From positions 124,001 through 188,000 of the IMG/VR virus record IMGVR_UViG_3300041402_000314: a stretch of 64,000 nucleotides of DNA; one strand, written 5' to 3'. Positions 8,197-17,866 of the stretch are shown here, one piece after another. A model generated the notes under the pieces. That model saw nothing but the letters and a program-made list of their open reading frames with translations, was not told the DNA's origin and ran no database searches. Position numbers and translations under genes: made by a program. Position 1 is the stretch's first letter. Every line of letters begins with the position of its first letter.

Positions 8197-8781
8197 ATGA
8201 GTTTTAATTTTACTAACACTCCAGACAGAGCAGTGTATGAAAATACTTTAGCTGAAAGTATCGAAATTTTCGGAATTTCGATAGAATATCTCGTGGTTGA
8301 ATATGACGAAACCAAAGAAAAACTCTATGCTGAAGACAGCAAACCACATACAACCGCTAGATATTTGATGAAAGCACAGGCGGAGTATCTGGGTTCCGAG
8401 GATTTCATGCTAACAAAATTTGGGCTACAGAGCAGTGACCAAATGGAACTCGTCATATCAAAATCAAAATTCGAAGAAATCGTTGGCGATGGTGCGGAAC
8501 CCAAGAGCGGTGATCGTGTATATATTACTTATCAAGATAGATACTATACGGTCGCGGACGCGAAGGAAGAATCCAACATTTTTCTTCAACGGAAATTTTC
8601 GTGGATGCTTATTCTTAACCCTACTGACCTCATTGGAGCCGAAGTTACGCCTAATATTGGTGTACCTGATTATGAGGACGAAGAAGATATTTTTAATGAT
8701 AATGATCTTATCGATGAATTGGATGATGATATCGTAGTAGAGAAGACAGACGATGTTAATCCTTTCGGTGATTGGGAATAG
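8197..8781 (+). CDS. gp14: Neck/head-completion protein, T4 gp14-like
   Basis: E.IEIFG..IEY...LYAED...LTKFGL...D.MEL.I....F.....P..GD.VY motif pattern; position before gp15. Confidence 0.8.
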   Translation: MSFNFTNTPDRAVYENTLAESIEIFGISIEYLVVEYDETKEKLYAEDSKPHTTARYLMKAQAEYLGSEDFMLTKFGLQSSDQMELVISKSKFEEIVGDGAEPKSGDRVYITYQDRYYTVADAKEESNIFLQRKFSWMLILNPTDLIGAEVTPNIGVPDYEDEEDIFNDNDLIDELDDDIVVEKTDDVNPFGDWE

Positions 8782-8806
8782 GAAAGGTTAATAAAGGAGA
8801 CTAATT

Positions 8807-9376
8807 ATGGCAGATGAAACACCAAATACTAATTTAGCGAAACTGGATGTTCTTATCAGTCGTTTACTTGCTGATGAAAATTCTGGTAACTTAAGAACAA
8901 TTAGTACCGTACATGAAAAAATCCACAAAGGAGAAATCTATGTATTTGGACATTATGATACATCGGTAGCTAATAATGGAAACCTAGACATTCTATTTAA
9001 AACAGGAGCTTCTTTAAGAAGTGATATTATAGTTAATATTGCCAGTACAGGAGATGCAGAAGTACGTATTTATGAGGCTCCTACGACAAGTGGTGATGGA
9101 ACACCTTTAACACCGAGAAATAAAAATAGGTACACAACTGATACCGTTACTTTTTCTGTTTTCCATACACCAACGGTTGATGTTGTCGGAACAGAATTAA
9201 TAAATCAGTTTGTTGCTGGTGGTTCTGGTGGTATAAAAATTGGTGCTTCTACTGAAGAAAGAGATGAATGGGTTTTTAAACATGGTGTAAATTATTTGTT
9301 AAGAGCAACAAATATATCTGGCCTATCTGCTAAAATAAATGTTGTTGCCTCCGTATATGAAGCATCTAATATCTGA
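8807..9376 (+). CDS. Probable virion protein, paralog of 56180-56737
   Basis: Shared HEKIHxG, RNxN, EWV...YLLRxxNxSG motifs. Confidence 0.55.
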   Translation: MADETPNTNLAKLDVLISRLLADENSGNLRTISTVHEKIHKGEIYVFGHYDTSVANNGNLDILFKTGASLRSDIIVNIASTGDAEVRIYEAPTTSGDGTPLTPRNKNRYTTDTVTFSVFHTPTVDVVGTELINQFVAGGSGGIKIGASTEERDEWVFKHGVNYLLRATNISGLSAKINVVASVYEASNI

Positions 9377-9384
9377 TATAAATA
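9377..9384 (+). promoter_or_regulatory. T4-type late promoter
   Basis: TATAAATA. Confidence 0.65.
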
Positions 9385-9409
9385 GTTAAAACATGAGGAG
9401 AAAGAATAG

Positions 9410-9562
9410 ATGGGTAATGATAAGACCAATAATAAAAAGTTTAATAGATCAATAACCTTAAATAAACTCAAAAGCTCTACAGATCAAAATAAGACCGTTA
9501 TGGCTATAGCATTTGAAGAAGTTCTGAGAGCAACAACAAATAAAACTAAACAGACTAACTAA
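9410..9562 (+). CDS. Small basic hypothetical protein (50 aa)
   Basis: RBS GAGGAG; hand-translated MGNDKTNNKKFNRS... Confidence 0.45.
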   Translation: MGNDKTNNKKFNRSITLNKLKSSTDQNKTVMAIAFEEVLRATTNKTKQTN

Positions 9563-9564
9563 TT

Positions 9565-10323
9565 ATGAGAACCTATTTTTTCCCAAATATTTTAAAAAAA
9601 ATACATATAGCTTTCCTTTCCCAATTTAAGGATTTGCAAGTAGCTAAATATGATAGTGCTGGTAATATACTTAATATGAGACAGGTTCCTATCACATTCG
9701 GACATAAAGGTAAGGAAATATCTATAGCTCAGAAGAAGGACAAAAGAAATTATTCAACTTTTTTGCCAAGAATTGCCGTGATGATGTCATCTATTAATCC
9801 TGCTCCTGAAAAGAGTAGAGGTGGTCATCTCGTAGAATTATGTAAATATACTACTGGTAGCGCAGATACCCTCCAGAAGTTATATGGTGGTTATCCATAT
9901 AAAATAGGCTATACTCTAACTATTCTTACCGAACATATGGGTGAGGCCAGTCAAATAATAGAACAGATATTACCTAGTTTTGTTCCATTTAAAAATGTGA
10001 CTATCAGGGAATTTGATTTTCTTCCTAGTTTCACTAGAGATATTCCTATATTATTAACTAGCGTAACTCCTACATTTCAAGATGAAACCACAGAAGATGA
10101 AATCAAGAGAATAGAATTCGATATTGAGTTTGATGTTGATTGTATGTTTTATAGACCTATACTCACTAGTGATATTATCAAAACCGTTAATGTTGATCTA
10201 ATTGATAGTTCTTTAGTTCCAGATATAACAGGAAATGATTTAGCTGGTTATGAATATGCTGTTAGTGGTGACGATATTGATGATTTTGATGTATTGACCG
10301 ATGAATGGACTGAATATATTTAA
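9565..10323 (+). CDS. gp15: Tail sheath stabilizer/terminator, T4 gp15-like
   Basis: YF...I...F...F.DLQV...VPITFG...LPRI...PY.I...L.I......QIIEQILPSF.P...RDIPI.L. Confidence 0.85.
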   Translation: MRTYFFPNILKKIHIAFLSQFKDLQVAKYDSAGNILNMRQVPITFGHKGKEISIAQKKDKRNYSTFLPRIAVMMSSINPAPEKSRGGHLVELCKYTTGSADTLQKLYGGYPYKIGYTLTILTEHMGEASQIIEQILPSFVPFKNVTIREFDFLPSFTRDIPILLTSVTPTFQDETTEDEIKRIEFDIEFDVDCMFYRPILTSDIIKTVNVDLIDSSLVPDITGNDLAGYEYAVSGDDIDDFDVLTDEWTEYI

Positions 10324-10331
10324 GGAGAAAT

Positions 10332-10502
10332 GTGAAAAACAGAACTAAGTTCAATTGGCAATGTCCTCATTGTAAGAAAAGAAACATAGAGTCGTGGAAT
10401 TTTCAATTTGATGTACCAAAAGTATATGAAGTTATTGTCCTTTGCTCTAAATGCAATGAAGAATCCAGAATTGATTTTCGTTTTAATATTATGCCTATAT
10501 AA
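10332..10502 (+). CDS. Zn-ribbon protein (GTG start)
   Basis: CPHC...CSKC; RBS AAGGAG. Confidence 0.55.
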   Translation: MKNRTKFNWQCPHCKKRNIESWNFQFDVPKVYEVIVLCSKCNEESRIDFRFNIMPI

Positions 10503-10523
10503 ACTTAGAGAAGAGAGGAACCT

Positions 10524-10871
10524 ATGGATTTAGAAAAATTTAGAATTGGTTTAGTATTTCGTAACAATGATATCATTGTTTTAGGTGAATATAAAGACGA
10601 TGGTACGATGGATGAAGATTCTATGGGTGTCATTTCTGATTTTGATTCCATATATGAAGACTTACCATTAAATAAATTTGGTGTAGTCGAAATCCAGAGA
10701 TCAGAGAAGAATGGTGAAGATCAAATAGAATTAAAAGATTATCATACTTATGCTATAGGTGAAAATGCAGGTATAGAAAGCGTTATGGAGATTTATAGAG
10801 AAGACTCAGAAGATTTTTTCGATATAATAAATGATCTATATGAGTCTATACTAAATGAAATCGCCCACTAA
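10524..10871 (+). CDS. Acidic hypothetical protein
   Basis: ORF track; RBS GAGGA. Confidence 0.6.
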   Translation: MDLEKFRIGLVFRNNDIIVLGEYKDDGTMDEDSMGVISDFDSIYEDLPLNKFGVVEIQRSEKNGEDQIELKDYHTYAIGENAGIESVMEIYREDSEDFFDIINDLYESILNEIAH

Positions 10872-10972
10872 TTATAAATGTGAAGCGTGTAAAGATACTG
10901 GTTATGTATCGGTAAAATGTCTAATAGAGGACTATAAAAGAAAATGTCCTTGTTGTTATGAGGTAAAAATAA

Positions 10973-11176
10973 ATGAGCCAAAAAGAAGAAAAGACGATAG
11001 AGGAAATAACTAAAGAGATCGACATTATTTTCCCTGTAATAGAATCCATTAAATCAATAGACTTACCTGATTATAATGACCCTTGCGCTGGATGTAGTAA
11101 TAATCCTAAAAATAATCCTCATGCATCTGGTATATGCGGATGTACATTACCTTATATGACCAGAACTACTTATTAA
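10973..11176 (+). CDS. Cys-rich hypothetical protein
   Basis: PCAGCSNNP...GICGCTLP. Confidence 0.55.
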   Translation: MSQKEEKTIEEITKEIDIIFPVIESIKSIDLPDYNDPCAGCSNNPKNNPHASGICGCTLPYMTRTTY

Positions 11177-11332
11177 ATGTAATTATAGAGGAGAGCGACT
11201 AAATGGACGATAAGGCTGACCCCGACATCGGCAATTATTTGTATGTGGGAGCCGACCCATGTATAGAATGTGTAAATGGATTATTCGGTACTAATGAAAA
11301 TGACTGTGACTGTATTTTAAAGAGGATGAGAG

Positions 11333-11809
11333 ATGGACAAGAAAAAGAAGAAAGTAGCAGCTAAAGGTTTGGATGATGCTTTTAACATTACCTATGAAGA
11401 AAGTGAATTACCTATTAAGGGTTCTGAGACCGATAATCTTCCTATCATCGATGGTGAGACAGGTAAGATATTAGACTTCCCTGAAGTAGAAAGTGATTTC
11501 GATTTCATTAAAAGAGAATTAAGAGCTAATGTTCAAATGGCTAAAGAAGCTCTCGATAGAGCTATAGAAATTCAGAAGGAAGATGAGAAGGCCAGAAATA
11601 CAGAAGTTATTGCTGATATGATCGACTCTATCAATAGCTGTCTTAAAGAGCTAGGTTCTATTAATAAAATAGAAACCGAGTTAGCTCTTAAGACAAATAA
11701 AGAAACTGGTGAAGATCATGGCGGTGGAGATGTCACTAACAATGTATTGGTTGTCGGTAATACATCCGAGATACTAAAACAAATAGCTGATGGGATGAAG
11801 AAGGATTAA
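11333..11809 (+). CDS. terS: Terminase small subunit, T4 gp16-like
   Basis: DFDFIKREL...AKEAL...ARNTEV...and C-terminal TNNVLVVGNTSEIL typical of T4-like gp16. Confidence 0.75.
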   Translation: MDKKKKKVAAKGLDDAFNITYEESELPIKGSETDNLPIIDGETGKILDFPEVESDFDFIKRELRANVQMAKEALDRAIEIQKEDEKARNTEVIADMIDSINSCLKELGSINKIETELALKTNKETGEDHGGGDVTNNVLVVGNTSEILKQIADGMKKD

Positions 11810-11816
11810 TCCTTCT

Positions 11817-12020
11817 TCATCTCTCCTCTATAGTCTTATAGACAGTTTTAGGGTATTTCTCCAAGAAGGTTTCATTTCTTCCGCATTCATCGCAGATATG
11901 AGGATATTGTGGTGGGTAGCTTATTAGAGCAATTCCTGTTGGGTTCAGAGTTCCTTTACCGCATTCATCACATAGATATCTAATAAGATATGTTTTAACT
12001 TCCTGTTTTACTTCGGGCAT
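11817..12020 (-). CDS. Zn-ribbon protein
   Basis: CDECG...YPH.CDECG. Confidence 0.65.
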   Translation of the reverse strand: MPEVKQEVKTYLIRYLCDECGKGTLNPTGIALISYPPQYPHICDECGRNETFLEKYPKTVYKTIEER

Positions 12021-12021
12021 A

Positions 12022-12210
12022 TCATTTCTCCAATGCCTTTCTAAGGACTTCGGCTATAGATGCAAACTTACCATCATTCTCTATAGGAAATAGAACGTTC
12101 TCATATACATTATCTATCTTTTCACATAGAGCTATGATCAGATCGTCCTTATCCCTACAATTCATATTATACAACTTACCCAACTTTAAGTCTATATCAC
12201 TTCTGGTCAT
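12022..12210 (-). CDS. Hypothetical protein
   Basis: ORF track, tightly packed operon. Confidence 0.55.
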   Translation of the reverse strand: MTRSDIDLKLGKLYNMNCRDKDDLIIALCEKIDNVYENVLFPIENDGKFASIAEVLRKALEK

Positions 12211-12467
12211 GGTGCTATTAACCCCTCTTTAACCGCTTTATCTAATATAGCTGCAATTTCCTTCTCACTCACTGGAAGAAGAGTAATTGGAAACCCATGT
12301 TCTTTTGCTATATTATCTAATTGGTCTGTATTATAGGCAACGATTCTATTTTCTAATTTACCCTCAAGCCATTCGATATATTGGTGGTCGTTAATATTCC
12401 CACGTTTACCACTGGCCTGAAGACCAGTTTCCTTTTCATATGTCTCTTTAAGTGTCATTTTTATCAA
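12207..12467 (-). CDS. Hypothetical protein
   Basis: ORF track, ATGA overlap with next gene. Confidence 0.55.
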   Translation of the reverse strand: MIKMTLKETYEKETGLQASGKRGNINDHQYIEWLEGKLENRIVAYNTDQLDNIAKEHGFPITLLPVSEKEIAAILDKAVKEGLIAP

Positions 12468-12807
12468 CCTCTTTCTTTAGTTTATCCCAATACTTCATTC
12501 GGTAGTTAATATCTTTACTTCCTAATACCATCTGGGATTTGAAATTGAAATTGAATTTTACCTTCTCGAATTCTTCTTCTATATAATTAGTGAAATCTTT
12601 ATCTTCTTTCAGCTTCTCAAATTTTCTCCAGTTCTGATCTGTCTTCTGTAGATCAGATACTAACCATAAGACGAAAGCTAGTAATATAAAAAACATACTG
12701 GAGCCTCCTGCATACATTCGGTATGGTTGAGGCATACTTAAACCACCGATGAAAAGACCAATAAATGTTAGAAAAGATAGCAGTCCGTGTTTCCAAGTAA
12801 TTCTCAT
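12448..12807 (-). CDS. Membrane protein, 2 predicted TM segments
   Basis: Two hydrophobic N-terminal stretches. Confidence 0.6.
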   Translation of the reverse strand: MRITWKHGLLSFLTFIGLFIGGLSMPQPYRMYAGGSSMFFILLAFVLWLVSDLQKTDQNWRKFEKLKEDKDFTNYIEEEFEKVKFNFNFKSQMVLGSKDINYRMKYWDKLKKEVDKNDT

Positions 12808-13010
12808 TTAGTCTCCTTCTGATCACATAGTATCACTTTGGAATCTCTACCGAAAGCAGGAGCCATTCGATTATTGAAAGTATAATAAACTACTCCCTTG
12901 AGGCATATAGTAGACTCTCCACCATATGAATATATACCTTCTATATGTTCACTTTCGTTCTCACAGGCGAACAACATTAAAGCAACCAATATAATTAATA
13001 TCTTTTTCAT
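12804..13010 (-). CDS. Small lipoprotein
   Basis: MKK + hydrophobic core + LFAC lipobox. Confidence 0.65.
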   Translation of the reverse strand: MKKILIILVALMLFACENESEHIEGIYSYGGESTICLKGVVYYTFNNRMAPAFGRDSKVILCDQKETK

Positions 13011-13051
13011 TTTAATTCTCCATTAAAGTAATGATTACGATATAGAACGAC

Positions 13052-13081
13052 ATTATAACACATATCGTTGTTAATATGCAA
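13052..13081 (-). promoter_or_regulatory. Sigma70-type early promoter
   Basis: TTGCAT-18-TATAAT on - strand. Confidence 0.5.
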
Positions 13082-13144
13082 GATAATATTATATGCCTTC
13101 GTCTCAATTTACTCTGATGTGCTGCATGTCTACCGAACGTCATT

Positions 13145-13492
13145 TTAGACTCCTAATGCTATACGGATTTCTTTAGCCTTATCTTCCCGACCACGATCAT
13201 ATGCCTCATTTTGAGCTTCAGATATGATTCTCATTATCTGATTTGGTTTCAAGATACTTAATCCTTGTTTAAAGGCATACAACTCTATAAATTCTTGGGT
13301 CTTTCCCTTTTCAATCAATTCCGTGATATGTGTTCCGACCAAGGATTTTTTGTTAATCCTTCCACCCAACATATTACCTTTACTGTACCAATATTCTTCA
13401 GTGTTTTCCGAAAGATCACTCATGTACCATACAGCAACCGCGCTATTGTATCTCCGTCTTGGCTTCTCACCAATATAAAAGTCATCCCACAT
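13145..13492 (-). CDS. Hypothetical protein
   Basis: ORF track; RBS GGAGA. Confidence 0.6.
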   Translation of the reverse strand: MWDDFYIGEKPRRRYNSAVAVWYMSDLSENTEEYWYSKGNMLGGRINKKSLVGTHITELIEKGKTQEFIELYAFKQGLSILKPNQIMRIISEAQNEAYDRGREDKAKEIRIALGV

Positions 13493-13504
13493 AATAGGTC
13501 TCCT

Positions 13505-14026
13505 CTATTCTAATCTAAATTCTCTTATGATAGTTCCTTTAGGAACATGAAGGATATATTTGTTATAATGTCCAGCATCCGAAGTAGGATTTCCAGTTAA
13601 CCAAGTCATGAACCAATTTCTATGAGTTCTTATTATAAACTTCTCTACTGTAGGTTTGGTATGAGCATCCTCTTTAATATAACTCCTACTCTGTTCGAAT
13701 TTCTCTTTATGGTATCCATCATCTGTATATACATAAGCTTGATAGTACCATGTTGAGCTTATAGAGCCAGTACCTAATATAAAATCTCCTTGTAATCCGC
13801 TATTAGCATCTTTTAAGGAATAAATATATTCGGTTCTCCAAACAACCTGTTCTTCTGAATCAGGATTACCACTAGCGACTAAGAGTAGTAATAGAGTTAT
13901 GATACCTGAGACCACAAATCCTATACATGCTCCACCTATAATAGGCCAAATCTTTCTTTCTGCCCAATATGCTAGAATAGAAAAAATTACTGCTCCTGTT
14001 ACCATTATCCACATCGCACCATTCAT
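13505..14026 (-). CDS. Membrane-anchored protein
   Basis: Two N-terminal TM segments then soluble domain. Confidence 0.6.
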   Translation of the reverse strand: MNGAMWIMVTGAVIFSILAYWAERKIWPIIGGACIGFVVSGIITLLLLLVASGNPDSEEQVVWRTEYIYSLKDANSGLQGDFILGTGSISSTWYYQAYVYTDDGYHKEKFEQSRSYIKEDAHTKPTVEKFIIRTHRNWFMTWLTGNPTSDAGHYNKYILHVPKGTIIREFRLE

Positions 14027-14328
14027 TTCTTACCTCCATAATCTTTTTCATAGTTACCGCTATGTGAAAGTATCCAGTTTAGATAGCCCTCTTCTCCACA
14101 CTCAGGACAATCGTATTCTGGAAGGCTCTCTATTTTATCCATCTTCTCCTTAGAGACATAAAGAAGATGTTCACATTTCCTACATTGAAATACTAGGTCT
14201 TCCGTATCGCTCGATGTACTTTCCTTTTTCTGTTGAGAAGTCATTATGGCGATTTTATGTTTCATAGCCAATTTCTGTAGATCAGTAAAAAAGTCTAAAC
14301 CAGTTTCACCTATTATTTTAAGCTCCAT
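14023..14328 (-). CDS. Zn-finger protein
   Basis: CRKC...CPECG. Confidence 0.6.
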   Translation of the reverse strand: MELKIIGETGLDFFTDLQKLAMKHKIAIMTSQQKKESTSSDTEDLVFQCRKCEHLLYVSKEKMDKIESLPEYDCPECGEEGYLNWILSHSGNYEKDYGGKK

Positions 14329-14694
14329 CTAATCCTCCAATACCGTATATATGGTTTTATTCTCTTCGATGGAATCCACAACAATATCATTCCAACAGTC
14401 AATATTTTCATACCATATGAAACCATGACTGCCGTTTTGTTCTATCAGCAAACCGATATACCAACCAGCATACCATTGTTGATTGACCTGTTCGATGTTG
14501 TATATTTTATTGGTCTCAGTTTTCTTTATCTTCTTACCAATCAGAGGATGATCTTCTAAAACGATGTTGTGGTTATTATTTGGCATTCCTAGACGTTTTC
14601 TTTCATTTCTAATGGCATTGTATAGGTCTAGGTTCAAACTGTCCCTGTATGGGAAATTTGAGCCTTCTGGACTACTTTCTGTTAGGATATACAT
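14329..14694 (-). CDS. Hypothetical protein
   Basis: ORF track; RBS AAGGAG. Confidence 0.6.
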   Translation of the reverse strand: MYILTESSPEGSNFPYRDSLNLDLYNAIRNERKRLGMPNNNHNIVLEDHPLIGKKIKKTETNKIYNIEQVNQQWYAGWYIGLLIEQNGSHGFIWYENIDCWNDIVVDSIEENKTIYTVLED

Positions 14695-14859
14695 CAGTCA
14701 TTTACTCCTTTAGTTTTATTTCTCGTAATAAGATAGAAAAGAGAACTTAAACCCCAATAAAGCATGAATACCACGAAAGGAATCTTGCCTATACAAATGA
14801 GGACAGCTAAAATCATTCCGAGTATAAGCCACAATATGGCGAAACCAGTAAGTAACATC

Positions 14860-15057
14860 TTAAAACTCCGTTTCTTTTATTATATCTTCCATCCACTCAA
14901 CTATTTTTTCACTTTCTACCTGTCTTCTTCTGTATTCCATATAGATGAGAGTTATTTCATTTTCCAACTCAGATATCTTACCTTTGGTTTTATCATATCT
15001 TCTTCTCAAATCCGCAGTCGTAAGCAATTCCAATTCTTTACTTATTACTTCAGACAT
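14860..15057 (-). CDS. Coiled-coil hypothetical protein
   Basis: ORF track; RBS GGAG. Confidence 0.55.
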   Translation of the reverse strand: MSEVISKELELLTTADLRRRYDKTKGKISELENEITLIYMEYRRRQVESEKIVEWMEDIIKETEF

Positions 15058-15233
15058 CTTACTTCTCCTTTAGTTTCGTCTCTAAATAATGTTTTTCTCT
15101 GAGATGTTACACTACCTACAAAGTCTTCTGCACATTTTTCACACATACCATGAGTTATACTTTTATCATCGAAGGGTTCTTTCTCTCCCATCGGCCTATT
15201 ACACCACGAACAGATTCTAATCATTATTTCTCC

Positions 15234-15575
15234 TTACCAAGAAAATCCAGTTGAAATACCATATGCTAAGATCATACCTATTACCATTTCAGTAAAGGCA
15301 TAATAAACGACATCATGGTAATCAAATTTCATCGCAATCCAAAATATGCTTATATTCACTATATGAAATAGAGTTCCGAATATTAAAGTTCTCTGAAATC
15401 CAAATCCATATTCATCAGCGAGAAACATATAGGGAACTATTACACCCATTCCTACACAGAAATAAGATACCATTATAAAAACGGATATGCAAACTGGTAT
15501 AGCGAATACTATTTTAAGAAATATAGCACCATAAGGCTCTATCCTATCATATGTAGTTATATCTAACGTAGACAT
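15234..15575 (-). CDS. Membrane protein, about 3 TM segments
   Basis: Hydrophobic pattern; RBS AAGGAG. Confidence 0.6.
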   Translation of the reverse strand: MSTLDITTYDRIEPYGAIFLKIVFAIPVCISVFIMVSYFCVGMGVIVPYMFLADEYGFGFQRTLIFGTLFHIVNISIFWIAMKFDYHDVVYYAFTEMVIGMILAYGISTGFSW

Positions 15576-15755
15576 TTATCTATCTCCTTACATTCTTCCT
15601 TTAGATAGCATTCGATACACTTCTGCTTGAAGTCTTCGGCCTCTAATTTATTAAGAAGCTTTTGGACTTTCTTGACGTTCTCTTTGTTACGATCTTTTAG
15701 ATTATTTACGAACATGAGAATATAGTAACATAAGCGATATCAGATGCCAAGTAAA

Positions 15756-15950
15756 TTAATTAGGTAGTCTTACAAAGGCAACGACAAAATCCAATATCAG
15801 AGATATGATGATACCCACCGTGAGCAATAATATCAAATATGGGAGTCTTAAGATAAGCGTATATTTATCTGATTCCACATAACACCTGATAAAATAATCC
15901 ATTGTAGTCTTCATCAGACTGTCTTTATAAGTGTAAGAATTAGAACGCAT
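15756..15950 (-). CDS. Small membrane protein
   Basis: C-terminal hydrophobic stretch. Confidence 0.5.
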   Translation of the reverse strand: MRSNSYTYKDSLMKTTMDYFIRCYVESDKYTLILRLPYLILLLTVGIIISLILDFVVAFVRLPN

Positions 15951-16135
15951 TACTTCCGATCTCCTCTGATATGACTTCCTATGAATCCAGCTATAGCTTC
16001 TTCAATAGTGGGATAATTCCACGCAGCATTATCATGTCTAATTATAACTCTCTCAGATGCTATATCATAATATATTTCTAAACGTTTGTCTTTAGATGTA
16101 ATCTTTTTGAGTATATCAGTTAATGGTATATCCAT
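15950..16135 (-). CDS. Hypothetical protein
   Basis: ORF track, TAATG coupling. Confidence 0.5.
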   Translation of the reverse strand: MDIPLTDILKKITSKDKRLEIYYDIASERVIIRHDNAAWNYPTIEEAIAGFIGSHIRGDRK

Positions 16136-16413
16136 TATTTTGTTCCCTCTGGATAATAGTTTATATATTTTCCGTTTGATGCCATAAAGGATAAATATTT
16201 CGGGTAGTGAAATCTATGAGTTACATCTTCAAAGTCCACTCCTTCAAACTGGACCTTGGTGTACTGTTTAGTTTCGTGTTTAAAGTCACTTCCTTCGAAA
16301 AACACCGAATATTTATTTTTCTTTGGAAGATATTCAACCGTAATATTACGGATGTCGCCCACCTCTATCTTTACATTTGTTGTTATATTTTCACCATCAA
16401 AAATAATCTTCAT
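16135..16413 (-). CDS. Hypothetical protein
   Basis: ORF track, TAATG coupling. Confidence 0.55.
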   Translation of the reverse strand: MKIIFDGENITTNVKIEVGDIRNITVEYLPKKNKYSVFFEGSDFKHETKQYTKVQFEGVDFEDVTHRFHYPKYLSFMASNGKYINYYPEGTK

Positions 16414-16414
16414 T

Positions 16415-16756
16415 TTACTGCTCCTCGTCTTCTTCGTCTATCGGATTAAGAACATATTCTCTAGCCAATTCGATTTGGTTAGTGATGAGATCAGATATTT
16501 TCTTATGGGTCTCTATAGTATCATGCTCTTCTTCGACTGTCAAGTAAATATATGAGCCGAAATGACCATTATAATCAACACTATGGATACCATCTATCTT
16601 TTCGAGAGACATATAAAGACATTTACTTGACTCATCATAAGGAATATCGCCCTCGTATTTATCGATGGATAGGAACTCATCAACATCCTCTATAGCAATA
16701 GCATAGCTTTTAGAAACCATTTCAAATTTAAGCATCGTATTTCTCCAAGAGTTCAT
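16415..16756 (-). CDS. Acidic hypothetical protein
   Basis: ORF track; true start may be the internal MLKFEMV. Confidence 0.55.
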   Translation of the reverse strand: MNSWRNTMLKFEMVSKSYAIAIEDVDEFLSIDKYEGDIPYDESSKCLYMSLEKIDGIHSVDYNGHFGSYIYLTVEEEHDTIETHKKISDLITNQIELAREYVLNPIDEEDEEQ

Positions 16757-16934
16757 TTTTTATTTCCATGAGCGCATCCTGCTCTCGGATGAATTCTCTG
16801 GTTTTATGGATAAGATTTGAGGTATTGTGTAATTTCGTCTTTTCGGTTTCATCTTCAGTCTTACTAGCCTTATTCGAAATCATCCAATAGAATTTTTCCA
16901 GTTCCTCTAATATCTTTTCGCCTTCGAGATTCAT
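16728..16934 (-). CDS. Hypothetical protein
   Basis: ORF track; RBS GGAGG. Confidence 0.55.
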   Translation of the reverse strand: MNLEGEKILEELEKFYWMISNKASKTEDETEKTKLHNTSNLIHKTREFIREQDALMEIKNELLEKYDA

Positions 16935-16975
16935 GTCTTGCCTCCAATTAAGATTATGTCTGACTTACTAAATAC

Positions 16976-17004
16976 ATCATATCAGAACTAATCCTTCTTG
17001 TCAA
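16976..17004 (-). promoter_or_regulatory. Sigma70-type early promoter
   Basis: TTGACA-17-TATGAT on - strand. Confidence 0.6.
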
Positions 17005-17647
17005 GATAAATCTCAATGTTTTCGAAACCATATTTTTCTAATTCCTTGGCATAGTCTTCAGCCTCATCCCTAGTCAACCCATATTTGTCTGGTCTTAGAG
17101 ATATAGGATGATCACCAGTAACATACCATTTTTCTTTTCGGTCTTTGGCTTCGTGTATTACAAGATGGAAGTTCTGGGCATTAGTCTTAGCTCTTCGCTC
17201 ACCATTACAGTATTTAGGGTCACAGTTACGCACAAACCAATCGGTTATCATATCATAATCAACCATACGACTGATTGGATGCCAGAATAATACCTTGAGG
17301 TCATCTACAGTATTCCATAGAACAGAAATGTTTACAGGCATATCATTTACTTCACCGACCTTTACCATCAGACCAGAATTATCCTGTACCCACTCATTTT
17401 TACGTTCCTGACAATCTTTCCATAGATAGAGACTTTCACAGCTATTGGCCTCAACCACAAAATCAGTTGTTTTGAATCGAGTATCTGAATGTTTAGTTAG
17501 GTCATATTCATTCACGTCTGACGGCTTTAAGGGAACTGCAATATGTCTGGGGTCTGTGTTGATATGAAACCATAGATTCCCATTATATCGAATTTTCTCT
17601 CCACAAGCAACACAAATAGCTTCTTCACCTTTTTTAGGGTCTTTCAT
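16988..17647 (-). CDS. Phage hypothetical protein, N-terminal CxxC
   Basis: ORF track. Confidence 0.65.
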   Translation of the reverse strand: MKDPKKGEEAICVACGEKIRYNGNLWFHINTDPRHIAVPLKPSDVNEYDLTKHSDTRFKTTDFVVEANSCESLYLWKDCQERKNEWVQDNSGLMVKVGEVNDMPVNISVLWNTVDDLKVLFWHPISRMVDYDMITDWFVRNCDPKYCNGERRAKTNAQNFHLVIHEAKDRKEKWYVTGDHPISLRPDKYGLTRDEAEDYAKELEKYGFENIEIYLDKKD

Positions 17648-17648
17648 C

Positions 17649-17864
17649 TTATTTCTCCCTCTGACTTTCTAATAGGTTTTCGAAATCGATCTGATAATTA
17701 GATAAATCAGTTAGGTCATATGGGTTTATAGGTACACCATGTCTATGACTAGAAGTAACTCTATTTATCTTCCCTAACAATTTCTGAATACCCATCATCA
17801 ACTCTTTATTTTTACAAGTATGTGTAAGGGATTCGCCTTTACAGCCTAGACAAATTTCACTCAT
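17649..17864 (-). CDS. Hypothetical protein
   Basis: ORF track. Confidence 0.5.
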   Translation of the reverse strand: MSEICLGCKGESLTHTCKNKELMMGIQKLLGKINRVTSSHRHGVPINPYDLTDLSNYQIDFENLLESQREK

Positions 17865-17866
17865 GA

